NCBI GenBank assembly: GCA_965237525.1 | Contig: CBDEFO010000008.1 | Span: 480,001-544,000, forward strand | DNA from: Candidatus Latescibacterota bacterium | GTDB taxonomy: Bacteria; Latescibacterota; CBDEFO01 | Length of the DNA stretch: 64,000 bases | Direction of reading: 5' to 3' | Shown: positions 62,149 to 64,000 of the stretch, piece after piece | Layout: each line of letters opens with the position of its first letter | Numbering within the stretch: the first letter of the stretch is position 1 | Translations under genes and position numbers: made by a program | The notes under the pieces: model-generated | The model's database searches: none | Seen by the model: the letters and a program-made list of their open reading frames with translations, nothing else | Told to the model about the DNA's origin: nothing

Positions 62149-63667
62149 AAGCCTTGTGAAATAGTTATGTCCCAGGCAGCGTCTGAAGCGCCGATTATGG
62201 GTCAAAGAGAAGCATATCGTATCGTTTTGCTGTGGAATAAGCAAAATAGTCTTATCAGAGTTCTGGTCAGCAAGGAACAGGAGCTGTTTGAAGAACAGGA
62301 TGCACTGTCTTTGACAGACAGGGCACACATAGACGCTTTCCCCCTTCTTATGAAAGATACAAGCCTCTTGAGATTCTGTACTGTTGCAACAAGATTCAAC
62401 TGTTCATTCAGTGAGGCTGGTCCTCTGTAACGGGCTCGTCCCATACCGTGTTGTTGCCTGGCTTCAGCAAAGATATGTTCACTGCGTTTACGGAGTCTCC
62501 GGGAGAGTTTGTAGTCAGCTGTTAATGAGATAGACCGTGCATGATTTCTGGCTTTCGCCTCTCGCACTTTTCTATCCCGTTCGGCCTGAATATGTGCTGG
62601 ATTTGTCTTGTTTTTCCATGTAGGAATCGGTTCAATCTTCTCATCGGCTCGCAGAGGAATATGGGGTATGATTCCCCGGTCAAGTACATCAGCGATAAAA
62701 TTACCAGAACCGTAACCGGTATCGGCACTAAGTGTCTGAATGTCTTTGGGCATGGTGTATGTTTCAAGGTCATCTACCATCTTAAGGGCACTTTCGGGCT
62801 CTGCTGTCCCTGTCGCCTGCGTGCCCTGAGTCTCAAGGATTACTCTGCTTTTTGTGTCGATCAGATCATGGCCCATAAACGAGAGAAAAGCCCCTTTGCC
62901 CTTCGATTTGCTGTATAAGCGCGCGTCGGGGTCTGTAGTCGAACGGTGTGTTTGGTTCGTCCACTTTTCACCATGAAAGTCTTTATCCTGAGGATGCCCG
63001 GACCTACCCTTTGTCTTATCACCTTCAAAACCGATTCCCTTGAGATAATCATCAAGAGAAACAGGGGGTTCTATCGGCTCAATACTTTTCACTGAAGCAT
63101 CAGCTTGTATCTGAGTGCCGTCGACACTAAGGTGTTTACCGCTCACAAGACCGACATCTATGCAACACTGGACTACCTGACGCATTATCCGTTCAAACAA
63201 CCCACTGGATGCCCACTTGTGATTGCGAAGCTTGTTGATCGTGCTCCTATCCGGAACCGCATCATCAAATGTCTGATGACAAAACAACCGATATGCCGCA
63301 TGCATCCCCACTTCCTGACAGAGCCGATTCTCACTCAAATTATACAGATAGCCAATAAGGATCATTCGAACAACTAATTCAGGATCAATACCGGGTCTGC
63401 CATTGTCAGGGCAATAACAATCTGATACAACGTCTCGTATAAATGAAAAATCAACTGCCTCATCAATCTGACGAAGGATATGATCCTCGGGAACTAAATC
63501 CTCCATCTGAAAATAGTGAAACATCGGATTTGTCTGTTCCTGCTTTTGTGGGGTCATTGTTTCCTCCATGTATAATATTATCAATAACATAATATAATAC
63601 ATCGGAGCTGCTTTATCAATGCTTGTTCTATACTACTTTCTGAATCTAAGCGTTTTTCACAAGGCTT
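62149..63667 (-). mobile_element. IS1182-family insertion sequence with TTAA target duplication
   Basis: IR AAGCCTTGTGAAA / TTTCACAAGGCTT; TTAA at 62145-62148 and 63668-63671. Confidence 0.92.
62202..63557 (-). CDS. IS1182-family DDE transposase
   Basis: VPEDHILR..GRPGIDP, VPDRST, VDGT, STTDPDA, ADTGY, R..EHIF, QNLKRL; ATG 63557 after GGAGG. Confidence 0.93.
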   Translation of the reverse strand: MTPQKQEQTNPMFHYFQMEDLVPEDHILRQIDEAVDFSFIRDVVSDCYCPDNGRPGIDPELVVRMILIGYLYNLSENRLCQEVGMHAAYRLFCHQTFDDAVPDRSTINKLRNHKWASSGLFERIMRQVVQCCIDVGLVSGKHLSVDGTQIQADASVKSIEPIEPPVSLDDYLKGIGFEGDKTKGRSGHPQDKDFHGEKWTNQTHRSTTDPDARLYSKSKGKGAFLSFMGHDLIDTKSRVILETQGTQATGTAEPESALKMVDDLETYTMPKDIQTLSADTGYGSGNFIADVLDRGIIPHIPLRADEKIEPIPTWKNKTNPAHIQAERDRKVREAKARNHARSISLTADYKLSRRLRKRSEHIFAEARQQHGMGRARYRGPASLNEQLNLVATVQNLKRLVSFIRRGKASMCALSVKDSASCSSNSSCSLLTRTLIRLFCLFHSKTIRYASL

Positions 63668-64000
63668 TTAATGTGACTATCCTAAGTGAAGGCCCAATAT
63701 ATCAGGTAACAGCGTTGATGGTAATGACGCTTTAGGAAGTAGAGGCCTTCTCGTTGGACATTCCTGGTTCATAATCCGGAGGTAAGCAGTATGTCCAGTC
63801 CACCCGTCTACTGATGTGTCGTATTATGAGTTTCGAAGAAGACGATACGACACCTGATCAACTCAAGGTATTCTTCGCCCTACGTTTAGGATTAGATTAG
63901 AAATCAGCTTGTAGGACTTGTAGGGTAAGATACTTGGATCTATGTCATCCAGGGTTATTCAACAACCAGTGCTGAACTTGAAACAGTGCTACACTTGACG

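Larger units (their letters stand above)
61958..63735 (+). pseudogene. Second DUF2294/MpsC-like gene interrupted by IS1182-family element
   Basis: EEITKFQ..MG..P..EDMIVVHLKEMLSPAE resembles 59076-59483; after removing the IS the frame reads EFNVTIL..TL to TAG 63733-63735. Confidence 0.75.

Noticed and set aside
63736..64000. Possible gene remnant at window end
   Set aside because: Short frames broken by stops and no identifiable family

Overview
Bacterial chromosomal window, mostly minus-strand housekeeping genes: accC (partial), obgE, modAB, trkH, glyQS, recO, hisI/F/A/H, proA/B/C, aroF, ilvE, recJ, rsmA, tatD, metG, holB, accD, rimI, tsaB, ruvABC, yebC, an EF-G paralogue and glmS. Outer-membrane beta-barrel genes suggest a diderm host; taxonomy was not determined. 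Accessory features read directly from the sequence are as follows. (1) A tight four-gene operon at 4166-7886 (flavoprotein, TIGR04283-type glycosyltransferase, radical SAM, atypical metallophosphoesterase) whose members each resemble arsenic-associated families; it is a candidate organoarsenic pathway. (2) A complete, solitary integron gene cassette (GNAT plus attC, 40812-41545) inside a housekeeping operon with no integrase in the window, and a second probable cassette-derived TPR gene flanked by 8-bp direct repeats. (3) A locus with two MpsC/DUF2294 genes, a promoter-leader with mutually exclusive antiterminator and terminator pairings, a stand-alone Lrp/AsnC ligand-binding protein and a non-canonical KamA-like radical SAM. 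(4) Two IS elements with clear inverted repeats, each interrupting a gene. (5) Dispersed repeat families, with one copy lying in frame inside proA. (6) Several pseudogenes or genes lacking a canonical start codon. No rRNA, tRNA or CRISPR array was seen. All family calls come from motif recognition, not database searches.
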